A program made the translations under genes and the position numbers. From Fusobacterium sp. (GTDB lineage Bacteria; Cyanobacteriota; Vampirovibrionia; Gastranaerophilales; Gastranaerophilaceae), in assembly GCA_023662905.1 (NCBI GenBank), contig JAMPIJ010000006.1:426-64425 (forward strand): a stretch of DNA of 64,000 nucleotides, written 5' to 3'. Under the pieces are notes generated by a model. The model ran no database searches, had not been told where the DNA came from, and saw only the letters and a program-made list of their open reading frames with translations. Of the stretch, positions 27,122 to 34,793 are shown piece by piece; the stretch's first letter is position 1, and each line of letters begins with the position of its first letter.

Positions 27122-27586
27122 GTGAATATCAACAGCTCTAAGGTTAGGAAAGAAGATTTAGGAAACAACTACGTTTCAGGTTATAACTACAACCCCATAA
27201 GACAGGAAGAGATCGTGCTGGAAGGCAGTTTCAAAAAAGAAAACTCAATAAAAAGCATGGCGATTCAAAAAGTCAACAGAACCCTCAGAAACTTTTTGCT
27301 TCTTCTTGTGCTTGCGTCTTTCGCCGGTTACTACTTTGCAATGACATCAGAATTTAACCTGAACAACCTCTCACACCAGATTTCAACCCTTAACGACGAA
27401 AACGCTGAGTTAGAAAACGATTTAAACAAGCTTAAATCTCTAAGAAACGTTGATACACGTGTTTCTCAGAGCAATCTTTTACAAAAAGCCGGTCAGGTAA
27501 TGCAGGTTTCCGCTGTCGGAACAGTCGCACCTGAAACAAAGAAAATCAAAGTTTCATCAACTTTTGAATGGCCTATCGGATACTAA
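27122..27586 (+). CDS. FtsL-like bitopic cell-division protein (tentative)
   Basis: Position immediately after rsmH. Single TM LLLLVLASFAGYYFA followed by coiled coil NDENAELENDLNKLKS. GTG start after AAAGGGGA. Confidence 0.45.
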   Translation: MNINSSKVRKEDLGNNYVSGYNYNPIRQEEIVLEGSFKKENSIKSMAIQKVNRTLRNFLLLLVLASFAGYYFAMTSEFNLNNLSHQISTLNDENAELENDLNKLKSLRNVDTRVSQSNLLQKAGQVMQVSAVGTVAPETKKIKVSSTFEWPIGY

Positions 27587-27604
27587 AAATAAGGAGCAAT
27601 CGCA

Positions 27605-28873
27605 ATGACAATCGCCGAAATGAAATATGAAGTTAAAGACTTAAACCTTGCTGATCAGGGTAAAAATCAAATCGAATGGGCTTTTAAAGACATGCCTGTT
27701 TTGAAATTGATTCAAGAAAGATTTATAAAAGAACAACCATTCAAAGGATTAAAATTATCTGCTTGTGTTCACGTAACAAAAGAAACCGCGGCGCTTTGCG
27801 TTGTAATGAAAGCCGGCGGAGCTGACGCTATTCTTGTTGCGTCAAACCCATTATCAACTCAAGACGATGTTGCGGCAGCACTCGTTAAACACTACGGAAT
27901 CCCAACTTTTGCGGTTGCAGGCGAAACTCCTGAACAATACCGTGCGCACATCGAAGAAGCTATCAAACACAATCCTGACATCATTATTGATGACGGTTGC
28001 GATATTGTTTCAGACTTACACTCAAAACACCTCGATATGTGTTCAAAAATCATCGGTTCAACTGAAGAAACCACAACCGGTATTACACGCTTGCAAGCGC
28101 TTGAAAAAGAGGGAAAACTTCAATTCCCAGCTGTCGGCGTAAACACAAGCATGACAAAACACCTTTATGACAACCGTTACGGCACAGGCCAGAGCGCTAT
28201 GGACGGAATCTTCCGCGGTGCAAATATCCTTATCGCAGGTAAAACCGTTGTAATTTCAGGCTACGGCTGGTGCGGAAGAGGCTGCGCGCTTAGAGCAAAA
28301 GCACTCGGCGCTAACGTAATCGTTTGCGAAGTTGACCCGCTAAAAGCACTTGAAGCCGCAATGGAGGGTTACAGAGTAATGCCTATCGCTAAAGCAGCGC
28401 TTGAGGGCGATATTTTCTTAACAGTTACAGGCGACAAACACGTTGTTGACGTTCATCACTTACTCACGATGAAAGACGGCGCATTCGTCGCAAACGCAGG
28501 CCACTTTGACTGGGAAGTTAACGTAAATGGCCTGAAAGAACACACAACTGAAATCAAACAAATTCGTCCGAACCTTGAAGAATACAAACTCACAAACGGT
28601 AAATCAATTTATGTATTTGCGCAAGGCCGCTTAGTAAACCTTATCGCCGCAGAGGGTCACCCTGCAAGCGTAATGGATATGAGCTTTGCAAACCAAGCAT
28701 TAGGTATTGAATTCCTTGTTAAAAACAAAGGCAAATTAGAAAATAAATTATACACGCTTCCTGAAGAAGTCGATATGAACATCGCAGAATTGAAACTAAA
28801 ATCAATGGGAATCGAAATCGACACACTAACAGAAGAACAGCAAAAATACCTAAACAGCTGGGATGTAATCTAA
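27605..28873 (+). CDS. ahcY: Adenosylhomocysteinase
   Basis: 422 aa. Contains LADQGKNQIEWA, TGITRL, the GYGWCGRG NAD-binding motif and HFDWE. Full-length similarity pattern. Confidence 0.93.
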   Translation: MTIAEMKYEVKDLNLADQGKNQIEWAFKDMPVLKLIQERFIKEQPFKGLKLSACVHVTKETAALCVVMKAGGADAILVASNPLSTQDDVAAALVKHYGIPTFAVAGETPEQYRAHIEEAIKHNPDIIIDDGCDIVSDLHSKHLDMCSKIIGSTEETTTGITRLQALEKEGKLQFPAVGVNTSMTKHLYDNRYGTGQSAMDGIFRGANILIAGKTVVISGYGWCGRGCALRAKALGANVIVCEVDPLKALEAAMEGYRVMPIAKAALEGDIFLTVTGDKHVVDVHHLLTMKDGAFVANAGHFDWEVNVNGLKEHTTEIKQIRPNLEEYKLTNGKSIYVFAQGRLVNLIAAEGHPASVMDMSFANQALGIEFLVKNKGKLENKLYTLPEEVDMNIAELKLKSMGIEIDTLTEEQQKYLNSWDVI

Positions 28874-28878
28874 GAATT

Positions 28879-28912
28879 AAGCGGCTCGGAGAAATTTCCG
28901 AGCCGCTTTTGT
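28879..28912 (+). terminator. ahcY terminator
   Basis: AAGCGGCTCGGA/TCCGAGCCGCTT stem followed by a T-rich run. Confidence 0.7.
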
Positions 28913-28913
28913 A

Positions 28914-28942
28914 TTGACAGTAACGCAAACATAATTTATAAT
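28914..28942 (+). promoter_or_regulatory. Perfect consensus sigma-70 promoter
   Basis: TTGACA (28914-28919), a 17-nt spacer, TATAAT (28937-28942). RBS AAAGGA and the ATG at 28972 lie downstream. Confidence 0.65.
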
Positions 28943-29021
28943 AACAATGTAAAAAGAAAGAAAGGATTAATATGAAAAATTTAAAAGCTGGAAAGCCTTG
29001 TCCTGTAGCCATTTCGGCTAA

Positions 29022-29032
29022 GGGGGGGGGGG
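29022..29032 (+). repeat. Homopolymeric G(11) tract inside the pilin leader-coding region
   Basis: Counted directly: 11 consecutive G residues. Confidence 0.95.
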
Positions 29033-29059
29033 TATGGTTTAACACGTAAAGCATTCACT

Positions 29060-30007
29060 ATGGCAGAGATACTTTTATCTCTAACGATTATCGGTGTAGT
29101 TGCGGCGATTACGTTGCCATCACTCACGGGAAACATCAACGAGCGGACATGGAACACTCAACGAAAAGCTCTTTACGCGCGGATGTCACAGGCAATTTCA
29201 CTTATGCCGGCACTTAACGGTTATGGCCAACTAGCCGAGGCCACATCTTCAACTTCTGCAGTCGACACAGCGACTGAAACTTTCGTTACAGGCGGATTAT
29301 CAAAAGTTTTAAAACTGAACAACATTTGTGACAACACACACCTTGCGGATTGCGGAATTCCGGCAAAAATCACCCCGCTTAGCGGAACAAGTACCATTGA
29401 TACATATTCAGCATTAACAGACCTAAAAGGTTTAAATAGTATGTTTTACGATGGTGTTTACACATATCAGACTGCCACATACACAAACCCGAAACCAGTA
29501 AACACCAAAAGCGTTGCATTTGAAACGCAAAATGGTGAATCAATTTTAACATTCTACAACCCATTATGTCAGAGTGATATGGCCGAAACCGTTTCACACT
29601 TTGCGATGTCAAAAATGTGTATAAATTTCGTCTATGACCTCAATGGAACCAAAGGACCAAACACGGTTGGTAAAGATATAGGTGTCATAACAGTCTTCTA
29701 TCCAACGGATTCCAACGTTGTCGCACCTATGCCTCTGACACGTGACGCCGGAAGTGAAATTTGGGAAAAAGCGCCGTCGCTATGTACAGCTCAAGAAACA
29801 GATAGCAGGATTCCAAACCGCGACGAACTCTCTGCGATGTTCTTCAACCGAAACCTTTTTGGCTTGCCGCAAGCAGTTGAATACTGGTCAAGTTCAATCA
29901 TTTCAGTTAACAATTCAATTCAGGCCTGGAAACAAGGTTTTGGTACAGGCTATAGATACGCACAGGCAAGAACCAACTCGGGTTCCGTAAGATGTGTTAA
30001 ACGATAA
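29060..30007 (+). CDS. Type IV pilin-like N-terminal domain protein with DUF1566-like C-terminus; 5' end out of frame at the G tract (true start probably 28972)
   Basis: The ORF frame read upstream of 29060 gives RKA/FTMAEILLSLTIIGVVAAITLPSL, a prepilin cleavage/methylation motif with Glu+5, but has no start codon. The ATG at 28972 is in the -1 frame relative to it. C-terminal RIPNRDEL...YWSSS...VRCVKR resembles DUF1566. Confidence 0.7.
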   Translation: MAEILLSLTIIGVVAAITLPSLTGNINERTWNTQRKALYARMSQAISLMPALNGYGQLAEATSSTSAVDTATETFVTGGLSKVLKLNNICDNTHLADCGIPAKITPLSGTSTIDTYSALTDLKGLNSMFYDGVYTYQTATYTNPKPVNTKSVAFETQNGESILTFYNPLCQSDMAETVSHFAMSKMCINFVYDLNGTKGPNTVGKDIGVITVFYPTDSNVVAPMPLTRDAGSEIWEKAPSLCTAQETDSRIPNRDELSAMFFNRNLFGLPQAVEYWSSSIISVNNSIQAWKQGFGTGYRYAQARTNSGSVRCVKR

Positions 30008-30046
30008 TAAAAATCCCGCTCAATTGGGCGGGATTTTTATTTTTTA
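30008..30046. terminator. Bidirectional terminator between convergent genes
   Basis: ATCCCGC/GCGGGAT stem flanked by A and T runs. Confidence 0.65.
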
Positions 30047-30433
30047 TATTTCTTCTAACGAAATTCCGGTGACGCCGGCGTTTCGAGCGCTGTCCATAAC
30101 CTTTACGATAGCGCCGTGGGTCGCGTTATCGTCGGATTGTATCAGCACTCCATCTGGATAATCTTTAACCTTGCCCGCAATCGCTAGTTGCAATTGCTCC
30201 GCCGAAACTTCCTGTTCGTCAACAAAAAATCTGTCTTCTGGCGAAATTCTTACCGTCAAAATTTTAACATCTTTATTATGAACCTGTTCCGCAACGTTTT
30301 CAGGAACTGTCAAATTCAAGCCCTGTTGATCCAACATCGGCGCGATTACCATCATTATAATCAGCAATACCAAAAAGATATCCGTTAACGGCGTGATGTT
30401 AATTTCATTAAATTCACCGCGATTTTCAGCCAT
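30044..30433 (-). CDS. exbD: ExbD/TolR-family biopolymer transport protein
   Basis: INITPLTDIFLVLLIIMMV TM motif. 129 aa. Confidence 0.85.
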   Translation of the reverse strand: MAENRGEFNEINITPLTDIFLVLLIIMMVIAPMLDQQGLNLTVPENVAEQVHNKDVKILTVRISPEDRFFVDEQEVSAEQLQLAIAGKVKDYPDGVLIQSDDNATHGAIVKVMDSARNAGVTGISLEEI

Positions 30434-30885
30434 TATCCGTTAACCTCCTCGTTTTGTTTTTTCAGTTCGTTCTGTTCCTTTTTAGAAAGCGGTTCACCGG
30501 CAACGATTAATTTCGTAAACTCTGCCTCCTGTGCCGCGTTCATTATGTTCATAATCTCAGAACTTTTCACCATAGCGTCAGCTTTTACTACAACCTCAGG
30601 TGTTTCAAGTTCAGGTTTCAAATCGACAAGCGCCTGAACCAAATCCTGCTTTCTTATTGCAGTACCATTAAGATAAAGTTCACCGGCTTTATTAACAGAA
30701 ATCGTTGCGTTTTTCTGTTCAATAGAAAGCCCGCTGTTGATTTCAGGCATTGTAATTGTCGTGTCCGCGTCCTGAAACGTTGGTGCTACTACCATCATGA
30801 TGATTAAAAGCACCAGAAAAATATCCGTCAGCGGAGTTATATTGATTTCTGTGAATAACGCTTGTTTTCCTGTTTTAATAGCCAT
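30433..30885 (-). CDS. exbD: ExbD/TolR-family biopolymer transport protein (second copy)
   Basis: The same INITPLTDIFLVLLIIMMV motif. 150 aa. Confidence 0.85.
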   Translation of the reverse strand: MAIKTGKQALFTEINITPLTDIFLVLLIIMMVVAPTFQDADTTITMPEINSGLSIEQKNATISVNKAGELYLNGTAIRKQDLVQALVDLKPELETPEVVVKADAMVKSSEIMNIMNAAQEAEFTKLIVAGEPLSKKEQNELKKQNEEVNG

Positions 30886-30906
30886 GTTTAATCCTTTAAT
30901 TATTCT

Positions 30907-31020
30907 TGTAGCTCGCGTAGAACGCCACCGCTCGCGTTTGCTGCCGAAAGCGTGGTTTCGCCAGTCGCACGCTCGTCTCTTCGATTGCTACGCAATCTCC
31001 GTGGCTCCGCTCGCTACAGT
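30907..31020. repeat. GC-rich structured element, copy C, in the exbB-exbD intercistronic gap
   Basis: Alignable over about 110 nt with copy B. The GATTGC/GCAATC hairpin corresponds to GGAATGC/GCATTCC in B with a compensatory change. Confidence 0.6.
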
Positions 31021-31661
31021 GCTATATTGCTTGTTGTTTGAATATTAGTATCATCTTTTGCGTCGATGAAGCTCAAGAACAACATTTTGATTAATTGGAA
31101 GTTAGCTTCGTACTGACGAACAGTCGCTTGGAAGAAGTTGTAGAATACAACCGCAACAATCGCAACGCCCAAACCAAATGCAGTAGCAATCAATGCTGAT
31201 GCGATACCTGATGCAACAGCGGCTGATTGGTTACCTTGAACCGCAAGGTCTTGGAACGTAATCAAAATACGAACAACTGTACCGAACAAACCTAAGAATG
31301 GTGCAACACCACCGACAGTACCAAGAACTGTCAAGTTTTTTTCTAATTTTCTTGTTGCAAGGGCAGTTACGAGGTCAAAAGAACGTGAAAAACCGCTTTT
31401 TTGTTTTTCAAAAATTCTTACCGCTTCTTCCGTAACATCTCCGATAACGCCGCCGCACTGAGTAGCCATGTTTTCAACGGTTTCAAGATTGTTTCTTGCA
31501 AGTTCTTTTTGCAAAGATTTCAAATAAGGAACAATGTTTCTTTTATTAGCTTTAAAAAACATAGCCTTTTGAATAACAACTGCCACAACAGCCACTGAAC
31601 ATAAGAAAATCGGTGTTAAAACCGCCCAGTCCATTTTAATTGATTCCCACAATAAATTCAT
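31014..31661 (-). CDS. exbB: MotA/TolQ/ExbB proton-channel protein
   Basis: 215 aa, three TM segments, GLFGTVVRILITF motif. Confidence 0.85.
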   Translation of the reverse strand: MNLLWESIKMDWAVLTPIFLCSVAVVAVVIQKAMFFKANKRNIVPYLKSLQKELARNNLETVENMATQCGGVIGDVTEEAVRIFEKQKSGFSRSFDLVTALATRKLEKNLTVLGTVGGVAPFLGLFGTVVRILITFQDLAVQGNQSAAVASGIASALIATAFGLGVAIVAVVFYNFFQATVRQYEANFQLIKMLFLSFIDAKDDTNIQTTSNIAL

Positions 31662-31695
31662 AATTTTATCCTCTTATTTTGTATTGTATTACTTT

Positions 31696-32835
31696 TTAGT
31701 TATATCCTGCTGCGCCGAAGACGTTGTAGTCAAAGGTGAACTGGATGTCGATGTTCGGGCCTTTAAAGTCAGGCGGCAACGGTTTGAATGGTGCTGTCAG
31801 TTGAACGGCCTGAATTGCGGCTTTGTCTGCGTTTGGAAGTCCTGATGATTTGTGAACCGTGCAGGAAAGAAGTCTTCCATCTTTCGCGATTTTAAACATC
31901 AAGACAACACGTTTGCTCTGATCGCCTTTAGGTGGATCCCAATTCATTTTAATTCTTCTTTGTAATTCTCTCATATACGGGCCGAAATCCGGTTCTCTGA
32001 TTGCGTCAATCCCAGGGGCGCCGTTAGGATTTCCAGGGCCTGGATTGCCCGCTGAACCGTAGCCACCGCCGGAATTCGCGAGTTTAGAACCGCTTGAAGC
32101 ACCGCCACCGGTTGGCGCAAGTGTCGGAGATGGTGTGCTTGCTGCTCTTGCTGAACTTACAGCTTGAGAAGCCGTTTTACCAGAACCGCTTACAGGGCCT
32201 GTAGAATATTTACCCGCCTGAGTGCCGCCTGTTGGAACAGGAACGGTGAATTTTGAAGTTGGTCTTTCAACAACTTTAGGTGTCATTGCCGGTCTTACTG
32301 ACGGTTTAGCACTTGGCGGCTGTTTTGTAGGCTGTTGCGCTGCTGGTTGCGCAGAAGCAACAGGTTTTTGAGCCGGTTGTGCTTTAGCCGGTTTTTGCGC
32401 AGGTGCAGGCGATTTTGCCGGAGCCTGAGCCTTGGCTGGAGCCGCTGGCTTTTGCGCCTTATTCCCAGGTGCTGTTGGGAGCGAAACTTTTTTAGACGGA
32501 TCGTGTTTCCCACCAGCTCTTGAATCCCTATCCGCACGATACGGAGTTTTTTTGTTTATTGGTGGCGCACTCTTTTCTACAAGCACAAATTCAATATCTT
32601 TAGTCTTTAAATCAGGACGTTTTGCAAGCGGGTTGATTAAGCCCAAAAGCATTAACACAAAAGTCAAAAGCCAGATTGTTCCAACAACCACAGGGTGCAG
32701 GATTAACGAAATTAGCATTGACTTTTGCAAACTCATTTCGTTCTCGTCGTCAAAGCACACTGCAGGAACGTGAAAAACCTCTTTGTCTTTTGCGCCCTCA
32801 TCTATTAAATTATCTTCTTGGTTTAATAATGACAT
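31696..32835 (-). CDS. tonB: TonB-family energy transducer
   Basis: N-terminal TM, long Pro/Ala/Lys-rich spacer (PAKAQPAQKP...), and a C-terminal TonB fold region (...VVLMFKIAKDGRLLSCTVHKSSG...). Confidence 0.8.
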   Translation of the reverse strand: MSLLNQEDNLIDEGAKDKEVFHVPAVCFDDENEMSLQKSMLISLILHPVVVGTIWLLTFVLMLLGLINPLAKRPDLKTKDIEFVLVEKSAPPINKKTPYRADRDSRAGGKHDPSKKVSLPTAPGNKAQKPAAPAKAQAPAKSPAPAQKPAKAQPAQKPVASAQPAAQQPTKQPPSAKPSVRPAMTPKVVERPTSKFTVPVPTGGTQAGKYSTGPVSGSGKTASQAVSSARAASTPSPTLAPTGGGASSGSKLANSGGGYGSAGNPGPGNPNGAPGIDAIREPDFGPYMRELQRRIKMNWDPPKGDQSKRVVLMFKIAKDGRLLSCTVHKSSGLPNADKAAIQAVQLTAPFKPLPPDFKGPNIDIQFTFDYNVFGAAGYN

Positions 32836-32916
32836 ACATATCCTTACTAGATTACTAGAAAAATTCTATAAAAAATTTGTTTAGATTTAATTCGCCAACG
32901 TGGCAATAAATCTGTA

Positions 32917-33654
32917 TTAATGAGTTGCCGGAACAATCGTTATTGGCTGAGTCAAATATAGATCAATATTAGCGTTTGTCGGGATCTCAACATCATTGCC
33001 TTTATCCCAGATAGATTTAACCAAACCGCCGCCAGCACCGATTGCTGTACCTAACGCTGCAGTTTTACCGATGTTTCCACCGCCGATTGCACTCATTACA
33101 ACCCCTGTAACAGCACCTGTTCCCGCGCCAACTACCATATCTTTTCCGTAATCCTTAGTAACATCGAGCGCGGTTCCACCAACTAGAACCCCTGTGTTAT
33201 CGTTAGTTTTGATTATCGCTGAGATCGGAATTTGCATGCCGGTAGGAGTAATAATACTTGTAAATCTTATTGACAACTTACCGTTCATACTGCCGTGTTT
33301 AGCCTTTGCCGCGTCAAGAACCATACCGGAAACCGTACTTCCTGCAGGCGCAATTTTAAGTCCATTATAGTAAAAATCAGTTCCTAAAATAACGCTTACA
33401 TTCTGCCCCCTGTACATAGTAGCCGAACTAATAGGAGAGGTTACAACAGCTTTAAAATTCTGCCCCGCCGGAACAGTCACAACGCTTCCGCGCAATGTGC
33501 CTTTATCAGCGAAGATTTGTTGAGAAACATTCTGATACGCGTCGTTAACAGGCAATGTAACCGGAGTTTCTGTAAAACTATAATTGCTTTCAGCAAAAAC
33601 CTGTCCTGCAGACATTAACGCAGCCAACACTGCAACATACACACATCTTCTCAT
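32917..33654 (-). CDS. Secreted hypothetical protein with Gly-zipper C-terminus
   Basis: Signal peptide MRRCVYVAVLAALMSAGQVFA. The central region is loosely reminiscent of VirB10/TrbI-type beta domains (unverified). Contains GAGTGAVTGVVMSAIGGG. Confidence 0.5.
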   Translation of the reverse strand: MRRCVYVAVLAALMSAGQVFAESNYSFTETPVTLPVNDAYQNVSQQIFADKGTLRGSVVTVPAGQNFKAVVTSPISSATMYRGQNVSVILGTDFYYNGLKIAPAGSTVSGMVLDAAKAKHGSMNGKLSIRFTSIITPTGMQIPISAIIKTNDNTGVLVGGTALDVTKDYGKDMVVGAGTGAVTGVVMSAIGGGNIGKTAALGTAIGAGGGLVKSIWDKGNDVEIPTNANIDLYLTQPITIVPATH

Positions 33655-33726
33655 GAGTTAAAACCCTCCTAGTTAATTAACATAATATTGCAGATTAAAA
33701 GCATTGTCAATCTGTAAATGTGTATA

Positions 33727-34335
33727 TTACTCAGTAAGTGTGTGGGTAATCATGACAGGTTCCATCAGAACAACAAAACATCTTTCACCTGTTTTCACCG
33801 CTATATGTTCACCCATCTGTCTTTTATTCCCAGGCCGAACCTGCAAGGTCGGCGCCCAGGAACGCATTGAGAAAAATCTTTTTTGATAGTGAGGGATTTT
33901 CACCCACTCAGCAGGAGGCGTCAATTCACCACCGATAATATTATTATTCGGCGTATAAATATATGCTTTCAATGGGATTTCAAACCCGTCTGTATAAACA
34001 AGCCTTGTTATACGAATTTTCATAGAAGCATTCGTGCCGACAACCGGATCCTTAATCTCCTCCAAATATCCATAAAATTCAGTTTCGCGCGGGATTACAG
34101 TTGTATCATAAAGATAAAGATCGCTTGTTGCTATGAATTTAACCGGAAACCCCTCATCGCAATTTAGCGTTGAAACTTCTGCAGTATTAATCACAGGCAC
34201 AAAAGTCCCTGCGTTCAATTGAATCCCATCGTAATCACGAAGTTGATTTTCCTCAAAAGTAAAATCTTCTGCGTACAGCGGGCTAACCAAACACGGAGCC
34301 AATAACATTAATAATAATACTGCCAACTTTCTCAT
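33727..34335 (-). CDS. Secreted hypothetical protein, distant paralogue of 32917-33654
   Basis: Signal peptide MRKLAVLLLMLLAPCLVSPLYA. Similar order of motifs (GT-V-V...S, IP-GT...G, R...TDG-EIP). Confidence 0.5.
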   Translation of the reverse strand: MRKLAVLLLMLLAPCLVSPLYAEDFTFEENQLRDYDGIQLNAGTFVPVINTAEVSTLNCDEGFPVKFIATSDLYLYDTTVIPRETEFYGYLEEIKDPVVGTNASMKIRITRLVYTDGFEIPLKAYIYTPNNNIIGGELTPPAEWVKIPHYQKRFFSMRSWAPTLQVRPGNKRQMGEHIAVKTGERCFVVLMEPVMITHTLTE

Positions 34336-34360
34336 AAATATTATTATAACGAATTTCGCT

Positions 34361-34395
34361 AAAAAAACAAGGGCGGAGCCGTTGGCTCCGCCCTT
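34361..34395 (-). terminator. hup terminator
   Basis: AAGGGCGGAGCC/GGCTCCGCCCTT stem followed by TTTTTTT on the minus strand. Confidence 0.75.
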
Positions 34396-34417
34396 AATAA
34401 TTTCTCAAATCCAAGAA

Positions 34418-34696
34418 CTATTTGCCGTTAACAGCAGTTTTGAATTTTTTACCAGCTGTGAATGTAGGAACTGTTCTAGCAGGAATTTTCAATTCTTTAC
34501 CAGTTTGTGGGTTTCTACCAGTTCTAGCTGCTCTTTTGCGAGCTTCAAATGTACCGAAGCCTACCAAAGTAACTTTTTGACCTTTAGAAACAGATGTTTC
34601 GATAGTTTCGATTAATGCGCCCAAAACTTCAGCTGCATCTTTTTGAGTAACTTTAGTCTTTTTTGAAATCTCTTGTACTAATTCTTCTTTGTTCAT
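34418..34696 (-). CDS. hup: HU-family nucleoid DNA-binding protein
   Basis: MNKEELV...GFGTFEARKRAARTGRNPQTGKELKIPA is a canonical HU sequence. Confidence 0.95.
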   Translation of the reverse strand: MNKEELVQEISKKTKVTQKDAAEVLGALIETIETSVSKGQKVTLVGFGTFEARKRAARTGRNPQTGKELKIPARTVPTFTAGKKFKTAVNGK

Positions 34697-34793
34697 AATA
34701 AAACTCCTTTTCTCATGTACTCTCTCATTATATATAAATTTTCAAATTGTGCAAGCCTTTTTTGAAATTTATCAGTTTGATATATGAGGAATT

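Noticed and set aside
32295-32858. Alternative-frame and antisense ORFs in the tonB Pro/Ala-rich spacer
   Set aside because: Low-complexity GC-rich codons keep several frames open. Only the TonB frame has an N-terminal TM and a C-terminal TonB domain.
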